DNA of 64,000 bases from Mobula hypostoma. Its lineage: Eukaryota. Of this stretch, positions 37,110 to 50,215 are shown piece after piece. The position numbers were made by a program, and so were the translations under genes. How positions within the stretch are numbered: position 1 is the first letter of the stretch; each line of letters opens with the position of its first letter. The notes under the pieces were generated by a model, which saw only the letters and a program-made list of their open reading frames with translations, did no database searches and had not been told where the DNA came from. Location of the stretch: NCBI RefSeq assembly GCF_963921235.1, contig NC_086097.1, positions 82,586,001 to 82,650,000 of the forward strand, read 5' to 3'.

Positions 37110-38820
37110 AATGCTCCCCAACTCTTCCTCTGCTACATTGATGACTGCATTGGTGCTTCTTCATGTATGCATGCTGAGCTGGTCAATTTCATCAATTTTG
37201 CCTCTAACTTCCACTCTGCCCTTAAATTCACGTTGTCCATTTCTGACATCTCCTTCCACTTCTGGGTCTCTCTTTCTCCACCTCTGGAGACAATCTGTTG
37301 AGCAACATCTTTTATAAACCTAATGATTCCTATGACTATCTTGATTATACCTTTTCGTACCCCATCTCATTCCCTTTTCATCTCCACCGCATCGGTTTCC
37401 AGGATGTGGTTTTCCTTTCCAGGATATCAGAGATGTCCTCCTCCTTCAAAGAATGAGGTTTCTCTTCCTCCACCGTTGATGCTGCCCTCACTCGCATCTC
37501 TTCCATTTCCCAGACATCCACACGTACCCCATCTTCCCACTGCCTTAATAGTGATACACCTACCTCCCCATGAGTCTCCACTTCCACCCGTTGTTCTCCA
37601 CAACTTCCACCATGTCCAAAGGGATGCTACCACCAAACACGTGAGACCCCGCTGGTTTCTTTGGCTTTGTAAGTCTAGGGAAGACACACTCCGGTCCTGC
37701 CAAACCAGTGAGATTGAGATGTGTCTTACCCCAAACCCTGGTTTGTGTGGATGCTGTGTAGTTTGGTACCCTGTTACAACTCAGTGCCAAGAAACAACAG
37801 ACAGCACACTGCATATGATTAAGGGAATTATATTTATGAATCTTAACAAAAGGGTTAGTAAAGAAAGGAAAGAAAAAACAAAAAGGGCCCATTATAGTTT
37901 ATCAGTCAAATGTGCACCAGCTGGAGCTCAATTCACCGATCCTCAGTCGATCTCGCCGTTTGGCTCCATCAAATCACAATCTCCCCACCAGGTCGTATCC
38001 TGTGACCGGTTCTCTCCAGCGTCTTCTCTCTCCATCTCATGCCGAGCAAAAGACCCAACTCACATTCCAAAGCACCCATCATCTCTAACCATAACCCAAA
38101 CACTGCTTCTACAGAAAGACCATTCCTTTCACAGTGAAACCTTTCCCAGGGTGTTACACACATCTTTACAAACACATCTCCTCCCCCTCCCCCTTACTCT
38201 CTGCTTTTTGCAGGGATTGATCTCTCCATGATTCCCTTATCCATTTGTCCCTCCCTGTTAATGTCTCTCCCGGCACTTACCCCTGTAGCAACGAAAGTGC
38301 TACACCTGCCCATTCACCTCCTGCCTCACTTCTACTCAGGGCCCCGAACAAGTCCCTCTAGTTGAGGCAGCACTTCACCTGCAAATCTGCTGGGGCTGTC
38401 TACTGTATCCAGTGCTCCCAATGTGGTCTTGCCTACACTGGTGAGACCTGTAGTAAATTAGGGAATCGATTCATCGAGCACCTCCGCTCCCTCCACCAAA
38501 AGCGGAATGTCCCAGTGGCCCAACATTTTAATTCCAACTCCTATTCCCATTCTGACATGTTGGTCCATGGCCTCCTCTTGTACCACGATGTGTGAAGGAG
38601 CAACACTTCGTATTTCCTCTGGGTAGCCTCCAACTAGATGGCATGAACATCAATGTCTCCTTCCAGTAAAATAAAATTTGCCTCTTCTCACCTGTCTATC
38701 ACCTCCCCCTGGTACCTCTCATCCTTCCCTTTCTCCTATGGTCCACTCCCCTCACCTATCAGATTCTTTCATCTCCAGCCCTTTACCTTTTCTACCCACC
38801 TGGCTTCACCTGTCACCCCT
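37110..38820 (+). mobile_element. Penelope-like element, right arm (RT C-terminus + GIY-YIG), interrupted by a solo LTR
   Basis: TACATTGATGACTGCATTGG (YIDDCIG) at about 37135. ORF 38362: RQHFTCKSAGAVYCIQCSQCGLAYTGET...RFIEHLRS. Confidence 0.85.
37640..38158 (-). mobile_element. Probable solo LTR inserted in the Penelope element
   Basis: Unrelated 519-bp segment bounded by (C)GTGAGACCC...GGGTGTTACA, an imperfect TG..CA inverted end. It splits the PLE motif ACCAAACACATCTTT; imperfect 4-bp TSD AACA/CACA. Confidence 0.65.
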
Positions 38821-38999
38821 CTTTCTGGAATTAAAGATGTATCACCAGACTTTACTATTGCTAGGTCAAATTTTTGACCATAGTGGGAGCACTATGACCA
38901 CAAAGGCAGCATTGATTCAAGAAGATAGCTCATCACCATCTTTTGAAGATAAGTAGGAATTGACATGGAGGATAGGGATCAATCTTCGAGTCCCATCTA

Positions 39000-39715
39000 T
39001 TCAAAGTATCAATGAATGATTTGAATGTGAAACCCAAGGTAATAAATTCAAAGTTCTATGACAACACTTGTGTGGATTGTGATTTGTATGGTGGATGTAA
39101 AAAGGCTTTAAGGTGATTTTGTCAAGTTGAGTGAATGACCAAATACAAAGTAAAAACAGAAAATGGAATATTATTTAAATTGTGATAAATTGGGCAACTT
39201 GATATACCGACAATGTGGTCCTTGTACCCCATTCACTGAAGACAGGTGCCAAAGTGATGAAGATAGATGTTATGATGACTCTCATTACAAGAAGTTTGGA
39301 GTTAAAGAGCAAGGATATCTTACTTTAACTCATGAAGTCATATGAGAAGGGAGTGGATTGACTATGCCTATATTCACTAGAATTTAGAATTAGGGATTTC
39401 ATTGAAACACGCATGCTAGATGTAGAAAGGGTACTTCCCTTGAGGAAAACCAGAATAAGGAGTCACAGTTTCAGGAAATGCAAAAAATCGTTTGTAACTG
39501 AGGTAGGGAGGAACCTGTTCACCAAGAGTCTGGTGAACCTTTTGAATTTTCAACCACAAAAAGGCTAGAATGGCCAAGTTGCTGAACATATTTGAGAAGA
39601 AGACAAAGATTTCTTGATACAAAAGGCATGATTGGGTAATAGTGATAGATAGTACTATTGCACTGAATGGTGGAGCAGGCACAAAGGGTCAAATTGCATA
39701 CTACTGCTCCTACCT
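39000..39715 (+). mobile_element. Degraded CR1 fragment
   Basis: Similar to the CR1 3' half (TATTCACTAGAATTTAGA..., TGAATGGTGGAGCAGGC..AAGGGTCAAAT..CTACTGCTCCT tail). Confidence 0.6.
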
Positions 39716-40759
39716 GGTGTATGAGTAGAAAATAAACTTAGTGATGGTTTAACTTTGTTGCCCAATTTTAGCATGTATGAAAAGAAATAGAATTGTGTGA
39801 TCAAACCAAAGTGTTCCAAAGTGTAGATATGTATGGTGAATCCTGCTCAGCTCTTTTCTCAAATAATTGGATTACTGACCTTTGGGAAAGTTGCATTGTT
39901 TAATATTCTGCAAGCTGCTGAGCAAACTATGTAAGCAGTGTCCAGTTGCCAGAGATATCTAAAGTACTGTCTTTGACACAAAAATGTCATTGAGCCCCAT
40001 TCAAAAATAATATTATGTTTCATATAGGAAAGGCTTTGAAAATGGCAAAAATCTAAAGTTGTTTTGCACAGATATCATCAAAAGAAATGGAACAGAACCA
40101 CAAAAGGAGATATTGGAATTCAGCAATCATCATTAATTCAGAATGAAACAATACCTGTAAAACACATGGCTGAATCTACTAAAATTCATCCAGCTGAAAT
40201 CATGTACAGGGAACTAACCTGTGATTCTCTGCCTTCCTCTGGCACAACCCTGCCTGTTTATTATGAGCCTACCTTGCCACTTAGTATGTAAAGAATCACT
40301 GTTTTTTCAGATCCCATTTATAAGTCAAGTCTTCAGTTGCCATTGGAATCATCAGGGCATTGGTGGATGCCCTTCAGTCTCTACAGTATGTATGTATTGT
40401 CTCTATATTACAGCAATCGAGTTAGTTCTGCTCCCCTGACCTTTCCACATAAACTTAAAAATAATTTCCTTATTAAGGCCCCTCTGCCACTAATTCTGGT
40501 TCCTATTATTTGTCACTCAACTTCTTTTTCTTTGCATCATTCTTGTTTCAAATGTTTTTATTGTAAAGCAACATCAGCTTAACCACACCCGACAATGTCC
40601 TGAAGTACAATGCTTCTTTTTTTTTTCTTTCTTATAACAACATAATGAAAATCAAATGAATGTATGTATAGTAAACAAAGTAAAAGCAAAGGAAACCCTA
40701 CCACCCCGTCTCCTTTCCCCTTCCCAGCCCTCCCCTCCCCTCACCCCTCCCGTATGTGC

Positions 40760-41250
40760 TGTTTAGGTCTTTGCGTCACTTGATTATTTTCTCCAGTCAC
40801 CTCCATTCCCTACTTTCTGGTTCTTAAAGAAATGGGAACAGTTCCTCTCTACATATTCTGTCCAAACCTTTCATGATTTTAAATACCTCTACTAGGTCTT
40901 TTATGGATGACCTCATTTGCAAGGAGAACAGCCCCAACTGCTCCACTCTATCCACAAAATTGAAGTCCTTCACAAGGACATAGGGCACGAAAGCAGGGTT
41001 GTTCATGTAGCACTTTGAGTCTCTTGTGCCAGTTAACAGGACCATGACATCTTTTATCTCAGTGCCACTTTCCTACACTAACCTCACATCTCTTGTTCCC
41101 TTTTACCTAACAATTTATTGTTCTCTGCCTCTTCAGCTCTCTTGGTAGAGAATTCCAAAAAGACACTGCTTTTGAAATTGTTTTCTGTATCCAGACTTGA
41201 GACTTGTAATACTTGATTCCAGAATACTTAGCTTAAGGAAACATCATCTC
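40760..41250 (-). mobile_element. Degraded CR1 3' fragments
   Basis: ORF 40824: LGLFSLQMRSSIKDLVEVFKIMKGLDRI. Confidence 0.65.
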
Positions 41251-43711
41251 TTTTACAAACTATGAAGGTATCTACTATATATCCCATTGAAGCAAATTGG
41301 GGTACTAATTATGTAAAAAAAATTAGTTCCTGCTGTCATACTCAAGTAATTCCAAGTTGCTCATAACCAGATGCTCTGGTAATTCCAAGCACCTACCTCA
41401 GGAGAGACATTTTGATGTGTCTTAGCTTGGATAATGAAGACTAAGAATGCTACTGCAGCACAAATAAATGCTGTTTAATAGGTGATAAAGTAATAAAGCA
41501 GAATTTAAAATAGCAATGTAGATGCTGATCCAACAATTTTTAGAATTTCTTTAGTTGTCCTTATCTAATGTGGTATGAAAACAAATATGGCACTGAACTT
41601 CAAAAAAAAAGTTATAATATCTGTTGGTTTCCACGTAATGGTATGCAGAGAACTAGAAAAATAATAAAATGTGCAGAGCTGCACTACTCATTAATACTCT
41701 GCCTTGAGATGCCTGAAGGTCTGCCGCATAATGCATTTAGTTTCTGTTAGAAATTCCAGATATGAATTTTTCATTGGACTTGATCAGTTTTGAACTACAT
41801 GATAACATCCTAGTTTCTCTGATCATTGAGTTATTTGCATATTTAAATATTAGAATAGTTTTTGTATTCTGCTCCCCCCCCCACCCCCCCAAGTATTTGA
41901 AGACAGACTTTTGGAAGGCATTGAGTGATCTTCATCTGTGAATAGGGCCACCACAGCCAAGGCTCCTCCTGTCTTCAGCAGATGTTCCTGGACAGCAGGC
42001 AACAGGGCGACTTATGTTGATCTCGTTTTGCCTCGTTTAGGTAGATCGATATGTCTCTGCTGCCCCCTAATCAGGCCATCATGCTGGTTTTAGAAGCTTC
42101 ATATTGCTGGACAGCTCATTTGGGGGGGAAGGGGAAAATGCTTTTGGTAAAGTTAAAACTATCAGCTAATAAAATTTTGCCTGGCACTGTGTAAATTTAG
42201 ATCAGAAATTGATTCCTAAGCTGAAGTAAAAAATTGACAGCAGCTGCCTAAAGCTCTATTGCAGAATCTATTTATTTCCTATTATGTCTATAAATATTAT
42301 CAACATTTTTTCTCATGTTCATTTGGTATTTGAATCTTAGAGTGTCTATGTGTTCTTAATGTAGTTCTTCACAGAAGATAAAGAACTGCCCTTTCTGTTC
42401 AAAGCAAAATTTTTTATATTTTTAAACTGTGATTATATTGTAGCATATTTTAATTTAAATATTTGAAATGACAAAATAAGATCAAATTGTTTTTCTGAAA
42501 AGCTTTTACTCAAATATGTTCTGTTCAAAAAGTGAATTCAAATGGCTGATCAGTTTTCAACTCCCAACAGTGATCAGCTAAGAAACTGTATTATTGTACA
42601 TACTGAGCTGCATAATTTGAGTGTAAATTGTGCATTAAGTTAACATCATTGCTCAGATTTGGAATCGTAATTTTTGGAGGCAAGAGTATGACTTACCCCT
42701 CGAGCAGGGCAAGATTTTTCTCTTCTCGGAACTCTCCTTCAGTTCCCGCTTTCAGATGTAAGTATAACACCACATTGTGTAAAGATTTCAGTGTACAGGC
42801 ACATTGCATTATCTTTGCATTTGTTTATACCCAATTTTGGATAGCTTTTAGTTATTTTCTTTCCTCTAGAATTATCTGTATAAATGCACTATTATTCTTT
42901 TGACAGATGCTTACATTAAAATATATTCTGAGTTTAAGACCTGGGGGGACGTGGATGGACGTTGTGCAATTGGTTGTCCCCATGCATTTGAAAACATTAG
43001 AGATCACAGGAAAACCTTGTGCAGTTTACCATGATGCAGCAGCTATGCATCACTGCCTGGGCAATTACTGGTCTTAGCACTGAGACCTGGCCTGGAGTGG
43101 ATAGCACCAAAAGAATCAATCTGAGGTTTGTGCCCTTTTAAAGGGGTGATGCTTGGTGGTTGAAATGGTACTGAAATTTCTTTCGCAGACTGCAGTCCAC
43201 GCTGGTGGCTGATCAGGAGAACAGACACAAAAGAAAGGAAAAATCCTGGCGGTTTGATGTTTATCTTCAGAAGCTTTATGTATGACGCATGGCTCCAGGG
43301 TTGAACACCTAATGGGGGTTTTTCCCCCACTTTTTCTTGCTTCGTAGGGTTTTATTTAATATCACCAAAAATATTTCAATCTTTAAAATAATGTTTTTTT
43401 TTCTTGAGACGTTGTAAATGTTGCTTACTTCGATGTACTCTTGTTAATTTTGGATAATAATAATAATAAAAAGATTTGAAAAGAAAGAGAAAGGAAAAAT
43501 CCAAATCAAAAGATTGGAAAGGTGTGATGTAGGAGAGCGAAAGAATTAGCTGCTGATTATGGATTGTTCCTCCCCTGCCCCTCCTCCCACACATCTGGAA
43601 AAAGGTCACAATAATAATGATAGCCCTCCAGAAGCATACTTTAATTAAGCTAGTTTATAAATTGCGGAACATAATTTATTCACTTAATAATTTAGAGACC
43701 ATATGTTGAAG

Positions 43712-43779
43712 TACCAAGAACAATCACGTTCGAAGACCATGATCGCCCAGGTCTTACGACACGGCACATGATGATGATG
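43712..43779 (+). mobile_element. 68-bp RTE-type 3'-tail insertion
   Basis: Ends in (ATG)n. TSD ATATGTTGAAG (43701-43711) / ATACGTTGAAG (43780-43790). Homologous to the tail of the 62180-62570 element. Confidence 0.7.
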
Positions 43780-44984
43780 ATACGTTGAAGGTGTAGTACT
43801 TGGGGCTGGCTGACCACATCACTGTGATATACTGGCTTCGATCTTGAGGCTGAGCTTTGGACACGCTGTATCAGGGAGGGAGAAAGTTACCTGAACACTT
43901 CAGAAGTCAGTCGTACCCTCTTAGGTTATGTACTGTGGATTTAGTAGTGATTAGATACAGGAGGGTGCAACAACATGTGAGGGATGGAGATGAGGTCATT
44001 CAAATTGGTAGTTGAGGGAAGAGGAGTGCAGCAGTGACAGAGCAAATTATAATCAAGGTAATCATTTTACAACTGGAAGTGTGAATCCAGGAAACCACAC
44101 TGCTGGTTCAGTACCAGTTTAAGCATATTTTCATAGGGCTGGAGAGGGATAGTGAAAGGAGAAGAAACACCTGAATCCTCTCCCAGCCCTATGATATATT
44201 GCTGGAAGTTCTTTAAGCAATATAAGATCCATTTCAGTTCAAGTGGAGCCTGTCCCAAAAGAATAATTCCTTCCTTCCCACTACTTTTTCTAGTGCCCTG
44301 TGCATTGGAAAAATAAATTCTCCACCAACCTTTGTGCCATACATTCAACTCTTTGATGATGTCGAACCTAAACTAATTTGCATATGTGCCTCAGATATTA
44401 ATCTAAAAATATAACCTTTGTGGTTCTGTTTTGTAATTCCAATCCTAGCTCTTTGTACTGTCTCAGAAGTACCTTTCTTAGTCATACTGGCCCCATCTCT
44501 GTGACATCAATTTTCATTTTAAATTAATTTTATTTACATTTTTCCAAAAGCTCCTTTCTTATTAGTCACCACAAAAAGGTTTGCATTGTACAGTTTCATT
44601 TGCACCTGTGAAGTTTAAAGGACTGCTCATAACTTTGATGTGATGAGAAAATATGAGCAACTTTCATCAGAGGTAAAATATGAGGCAGACTAAAGGCTCC
44701 CCTCCACCCACCACGCCCCCCCCCACCAAAATCCTGGAACTGATGGTCCTCATAGTTAAAAGAAAAGGCTGCAGAGATGGTGAATGCACTGTGACTTTCC
44801 AAAGCACTCTTGACTCCAGAATGGATAAAGATAGCCACAACTGTTACGTTTAATAAGTAGGAAGACCAGCAAGAAGGATTAGTCAGGCAGCCTTGCATAT
44901 CATTGGGGAAAATGCTGGCATCCTTTTACAGAAGCAGTAATAAAATGTTAAGATTCAAATCAACAGAGTTTAGGTTTGGGAAGT

Positions 44985-46007
44985 AACACACACAAAACGC
45001 TGGAGGAAGTCAACAGGTCAGGCAGCATGTATGGGAAAGAGTGAGCAGTCAATGTTTTGGACTGAGAACCTTCGACAGGACAGGAAAGGAAGGGGAGAAG
45101 TCAGAGTAAGAAAGGGGGGGCAGTGGGGGACGTAGTACAAGGAGGCAGGTGATAGGTGAAACCAGGAGAGGGGGAGGGGTGAAGTAAAGAGCTGGGAAGT
45201 TGATTGGTGAAAGAGATAAAGGGCTGGAGACGGACAGGAGAGGACAGAATGCTACAAAATAAAGGGAAGGGGAGGAGCACTAGGGGAAAGTGACAGCTAT
45301 GTAAGGAGAGAAGGTGTGAGAGAGAAACAGGAATGGGGAATGTTGGGGGAGGGGGTATTACCAGAAGCTCAAGAAATCGATGTTCATGCCATCAGGTTGG
45401 AGGCTAGCCAAATGGAGTATAAGGTGTTGCTCCTTCAACAGTGTGGCCTTATCCTGGCAGTAGAGGGGGCCATGGACTGACATACTGACATGTTGGAATG
45501 GGAGCAGGAAGTAGAATTGAAATAGGTGGCCACCAGGAAATTCTACCTTTTGTGGCAGGTGCAGGAAAGGTGCTCGACAAAGCGGTCTCCTAATTTACAT
45601 CGGGAGTCACCAATATACAGGAGGCCACACCAGGAGCACCACATTCAATGATGACCACAACAGACTCAGTGGTGAAGTGTTGCCTCACCCTGAAGAACTG
45701 CTTGGTGCCCTGAATGGTAGTGAGGGAGAAAGTGTAGGTGTAGGAGAGAGATCAGTGAGGAGGAAGAAGTGGACAAGGGAGTCACGTAGGGAGGGATCCC
45801 TGTGGAAAATGGCGGGGGGGGGGATGTGGTTGGTGGTGAGATCCGATTGGAGATGGTGGAAGTTATGGAGAACTACGTGCTGGACGTGGAGGCTAATGGG
45901 GTGGTAGGTGAAGACAAGAGAACCCGTATCTCCGGTGTGGCGGCAGGAGAATGGGGTGAGGACAGCGTTGACCGTGGAGGAAGGGAAGGCCCTTTCTTTG
46001 AACATCA
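44985..46007 (-). mobile_element. Penelope-like element fragment (GIY-YIG region + terminal repeat, decayed hammerhead at 45046-45083)
   Basis: Collinear with 13830-14915. ORF 45685: FKERAFPSSTVN...YHPISLHVQH...RDPSLRDSLVH. Confidence 0.85.
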
Positions 46008-47202
46008 GTAGTGGAGGCAGATACACTAGTGAAATTTAAGAGACTACTAGACAGGTATATGGAGGAATTTAAGGTGGGGGGTAATATGGGAGGCAGGGTT
46101 TGAGGGTCAACACAACAATGTGGGCCGTAGGGCTTCTACTGTGCTGTACTATTCTATGTTTTTTATAAGAACATTAGAAATTGGAGCAGGAGTAGGCCAT
46201 CTGGCCCGTCGAACCTGCTCTGCCATTCAATAAGATCATGGCTGATCTGACCATGGACTCATCTTCACCTACCTGCCTTTCCCGCGTAATCCTTAATTCT
46301 CCTACTATGCAAATATCTATCCAACTTTGTCTTAAATATATTTACTGAGGTAGCCTCCACTGCTTCATTGGGCAGAGAATCCACAGATTCACCACTCTTT
46401 GGGAAAAGAAGTTCTTCCTCATCTCTGTCCTAAATTTACTCCCCTGATTCTTGAAGCTATGTCCTCTAGTTTTAGTCTCACCTACCAGTGGAACCAACTT
46501 TCCTGCCTCTATCTTATCTATCCCTTTCATAATTTTATGTTTCTACAATATCTCCTTTCATCCTTCTGAATTCATCAACTACAGTCCGAGGCAACTCAAT
46601 CTCTCCTAATAGTCTAACCCCCTCATTTCTAGAATCAACCTGGTGAACCTCCTCTGCACTGCCTCCAAAGCCAGTATATCCTTCCTCAAGTAAGAAGACC
46701 AGAAATGCATGCTGTACTCCAGGTGGGGCCTCACCAGTACCCTATACAATTGCAGCATAACCTCCCTGCTCTTAAATTCAATCCCTCTAGCAATGAAGGC
46801 CAACATTCCATTTGCCTTCTTGATAGCCTGCGGCACCTGCAAACCAACCTTTTGTGATTCATGCACAAGCACTCCTAAGTACTTCTGCTCAACAGCATGC
46901 TGCAATTTTTTTACCATTTAAATAATAATCTGTTCTTCTATTTTTCCTTCCAAGGTGGATGACCTCGCATTTACCAACATTGTACTCCATCTGCCAGACC
47001 CTTGCCCACTCACTTAACCTATCTATATCTCTCTGCACAATTTGCTTTTCCACTCAATTTAGTGTCATCAGCAAATTTAGATACACTATACTCGGTCCCC
47101 TCTTCCAGATCGTTAATGTATATTGTGAACAGTTGTGGGCCCAGCACTGACCCCTGTGGCACACCACTCGTCACTGACTGCCAACCAGAGGAACACCCAA
47201 GT

Positions 47203-48587
47203 TGTCATGGTCCGGATCGGGGTTCCTTTAAATTTACCTTGTTTATGTTAGGATCCGGACCGTTGATTCCCTGTTTTCCCGTGTCCCTCGGCTTTGGTGA
47301 TTAGAGGCAATTAACGTTCGGCTGAACCGGTAGTTTATAGTCTCCAGCTTTCAGTTGTTCGGCGCGAGAGCGTCGGCAAAGTCATCAAAGGTACAGTGTG
47401 CCGATGTCATCTGGCCGGAGCAAGCCTAGTCTCTGCCGAAGCGAGTGCCAGTAATTCGCCCTTCCTCACCGGAGCAACCCTGTCAAGTTACCTCGCCGAA
47501 GCAAGCCTGCAAAGTTTCCGCATCAAGGTGTATCTGTCAGTTAACCCGCCGGAGAGAATCAAGAGCTGCTGTCTACTGTTCCCAGGCCGAATCTAGAGCT
47601 CGCCACTACCCGGAGGTTCCAAGTACCACGCCCAAGTCCTGGCTCCAGCAGCGTCCAAGTCCTGGCTCTGGCGGCATCCAAGTACCACGTCCAAGTCCAA
47701 GTCCTGGCTCCGGTGGCATCCAAGTACCATGTCCAAGTCCAAGTCCTGGCCCTGGCAGTCTGTGATTCCTGTCCTATCCCCCTGTCTGAATCCCTTCTCT
47801 GCCCCTCTCGCCTCTAGCCCTCGTCTGTAGCCCTCGCCTGCACTTCGGTCTAGTTCTATCGCTGGAACTAGATAGGAACTGTGTTGTTCTTTGGTGTTTG
47901 TCTTGTCTTGTCCTCGCCTCCGTGGGGTCAGTCAGGCTGTCTTGCCGTTGCTCCGCGGGGGGTCTTGTCTTGTCCTTGCCTCCGTGGGGTAAGTCAGGCC
48001 GTCTTGCCGTTGCCCCGCGGAGGGTCATGAGTCCCGGCCCTGTGTCCTGTATCCAAGGAGGGGTCCCGGCTCTCTGTTCTGTGTGTGAGTCCCGGCCCTA
48101 TGTCTTGTACCCAAAGAGGGGTCCTGGCTCTCTGTTCTGTGTGTGAGTCCCGGCCCTATGTCCTGTACCCAAGGAGGGGTCTCGACTCTGTGTTCTGTGT
48201 ATGTGTCCATGGTTCCATGTACCTGCTCTCCTGAGACCAAGGCTCTGTTTTCCATGTTTCTCCTCTCCCTAGCCCATGTCATGTCTATGCCTGGTTCTGG
48301 GGTCCAAGCCCGAGGCAAGACCCAGGTACTGGGTCCTTGCCCAGTCTCAGGCTCAGAGTCCATACCCTAGCCTCTTCATGCCTCCTCTAGTTCTGGGAGC
48401 CGATTTCGCATCCTAGCCCAGACCCTTGGTCCCAGCCTAGTCGTGGTCCTCAGTCCTTGTCCAGTTCGCTATTCCTACTCCTGCCTTGCTCTCCTGGTTT
48501 CGAACATAAACTAAATTTAGTTAACCTCACAAGATGTGTCTTGCATTTGGGTCCACCGTTGCTCCCAATTCCTCTGCCAATGTGACA
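47203..48587 (+). mobile_element. Solo LTR (probably Gypsy-type), 1385 bp, with internal tandem repeats
   Basis: Termini TGTCA...TGACA; perfect 5-bp TSD CAAGT at 47198-47202 and 48588-48592; CpG-rich. The CR1 sequence resumes on both sides. Confidence 0.9.
48028..48201 (+). repeat. 58-bp tandem repeat, 3 copies, inside the LTR
   Basis: Units beginning TGAGTCCCGGCCCT start at 48028, 48086 and 48144. Confidence 0.9.
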
Positions 48588-49764
48588 CAAGTATCCCAAA
48601 TCTCTGCTTTCTATTGGTTAACCAATCCTCTAATATACTAATACATCATCCCCAACTCTTATGGATAAGTCTTTTATGTCTTTATCAAATGCCTTCTGGA
48701 GATCCAAGTAAATAACGTCCATCTGTTCCCCTCTATACACTGCGCTTGTTATGTGCTCAAAAAACACCAGTAAGTTTGTCAAACAGGACCTGCCTTTGCT
48801 GAATCCATGCTGTGTCTGCCTGATGGATCCATTTCTTTCCAGATGCCTCACTATTTCTTCTTTAATGATAGCTTCAAGCATTTTCCTAACTACAGATGTA
48901 AAACTAACTGGCCTAATGTTACCTGCCTTTTGCCTACATCCTTTTTTGAAGAGTGACATGACATTTGCCTCCTTCCAATCTGCCGGGATCTGCAGAAGAG
49001 TCCAGAGAATTTTGGTAAATTATCACCAAAGCCTCAACTATAACCTCTGCCATTACTTTCAGTACCCTGGGATACATTCCATCAGGACCAGGGGACTTGT
49101 CTGTCTTTAGGCCCACAAGTTTGCACAGCACTACCTCTTTAGTGATAGTTGTGGTATTGAGGTCCTCACCTCCCATCACATCCATATCATCTCTCTTCGG
49201 CGTGTTAGACATGCCCTCCACCATGAACACCGACACAAAATAGTCATTCAAAGCCTCACCCATTTCCTCATTACCCAATATCAATTCCCTCTGCTTGTCT
49301 CCCAGGGGACCCATGTTCACTTTGGCCACCCTTTTCTGGTTTATATAGTTATAAAAACTCTTACTATCATTTTTATATTTTGAGCTAGTTTATTTTCATA
49401 ACCTATCTTCCCTTTATTGCTCGCTTAGTGGTTCTTTGTTGCATTTTAAAGTTTTCCCAGTCTTCCAGTTTCCCACTACTCTTGGCAACTTTGTTCACAC
49501 AAGCTTTTAGTTTGATGCCTTCCTTTATTTCCTTAATTCCCCACCCTTACTGTCCTTGCTTTTAACTGGAATATACTTTTGTTGAGACCCATGAAAAGTC
49601 TCTTTGAAAGTCTTCCACTGTTCTGCAATTGTCCCACCATACAGCCTGTGTTCCCAGTCTACCCTATTGAATTTCTCCCTTATCCCATTGTGGCCCCCCC
49701 TTGTTTAGGCATAATAAACTGGTTTTAGATCGAACTATTGCACCCTCCATTTGTATGAGAAGGA

Positions 49765-50215
49765 GAATATCTCAGTTGTTCTGGAATGAAGACCCTCATC
49801 CTGAGAGCATATGTGGCAGAGATGGAGGAACTAAGAAAAGAGAATGGCATTTTTACAAGTGACAGGATGGGAAGAGTTATTGTCCAGATAGTTATGAGAG
49901 TCAGCGGGTTTGCAAAATATATCAATAGATAAACTGTCACCAGAGTTGGAGACAGAGAGATTGAGAAAGGGGAGAGAGGTGTTGGAAGCGGACGAATTAA
50001 ATTTGAGGACAGGGTGAAGTTGGAGGCAATGTTTTGAAATTGAGTGGATGAAGTAGCACCAATACAGTCAACTATGTAGTGTAGGAAGAACTGGGGAGTG
50101 ATGCCTGTGTAGGCTTGGAACAAGGACTCTCCCATGTAGCCGACAAAAAGGATGGCATAGCTGGACCCAAGCAAGTGTCCATGTTTTGGAAATGGTGTTT
50201 GACAACTTTATCTCC
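49765..50215 (-). mobile_element. Penelope-like RT fragment
   Basis: ORF 49725: LGSSYAILFVGYMGESLFQAY...FLHYIVDCIG. Confidence 0.8.

Larger units (their letters stand above)
46165..49760 (-). mobile_element. CR1 LINE (endonuclease linker to 3' tail), split by a solo LTR
   Basis: ORFs 48934 (KSPGPDGMYPRVLK), 48630 (RPVSFTSVVRKMLE..QHGF..DLQKAFD), 46606 (LVRPHLEY..LEAVQRRFTR) and 46342. Tail at about 46165-46205. Confidence 0.92.

Noticed and set aside
37323..38231. 302-aa ORF as a novel gene
   Set aside because: It spans an out-of-frame Penelope fragment and an inserted LTR, so it is a chance chimeric frame with no domain signature.
47396..48370. Pro/Ser-rich repetitive ORFs, or a CRISPR-like array
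   Set aside because: These are tandem minisatellites inside a solo LTR. There are no unique spacers and no cas genes, and the context is eukaryotic.
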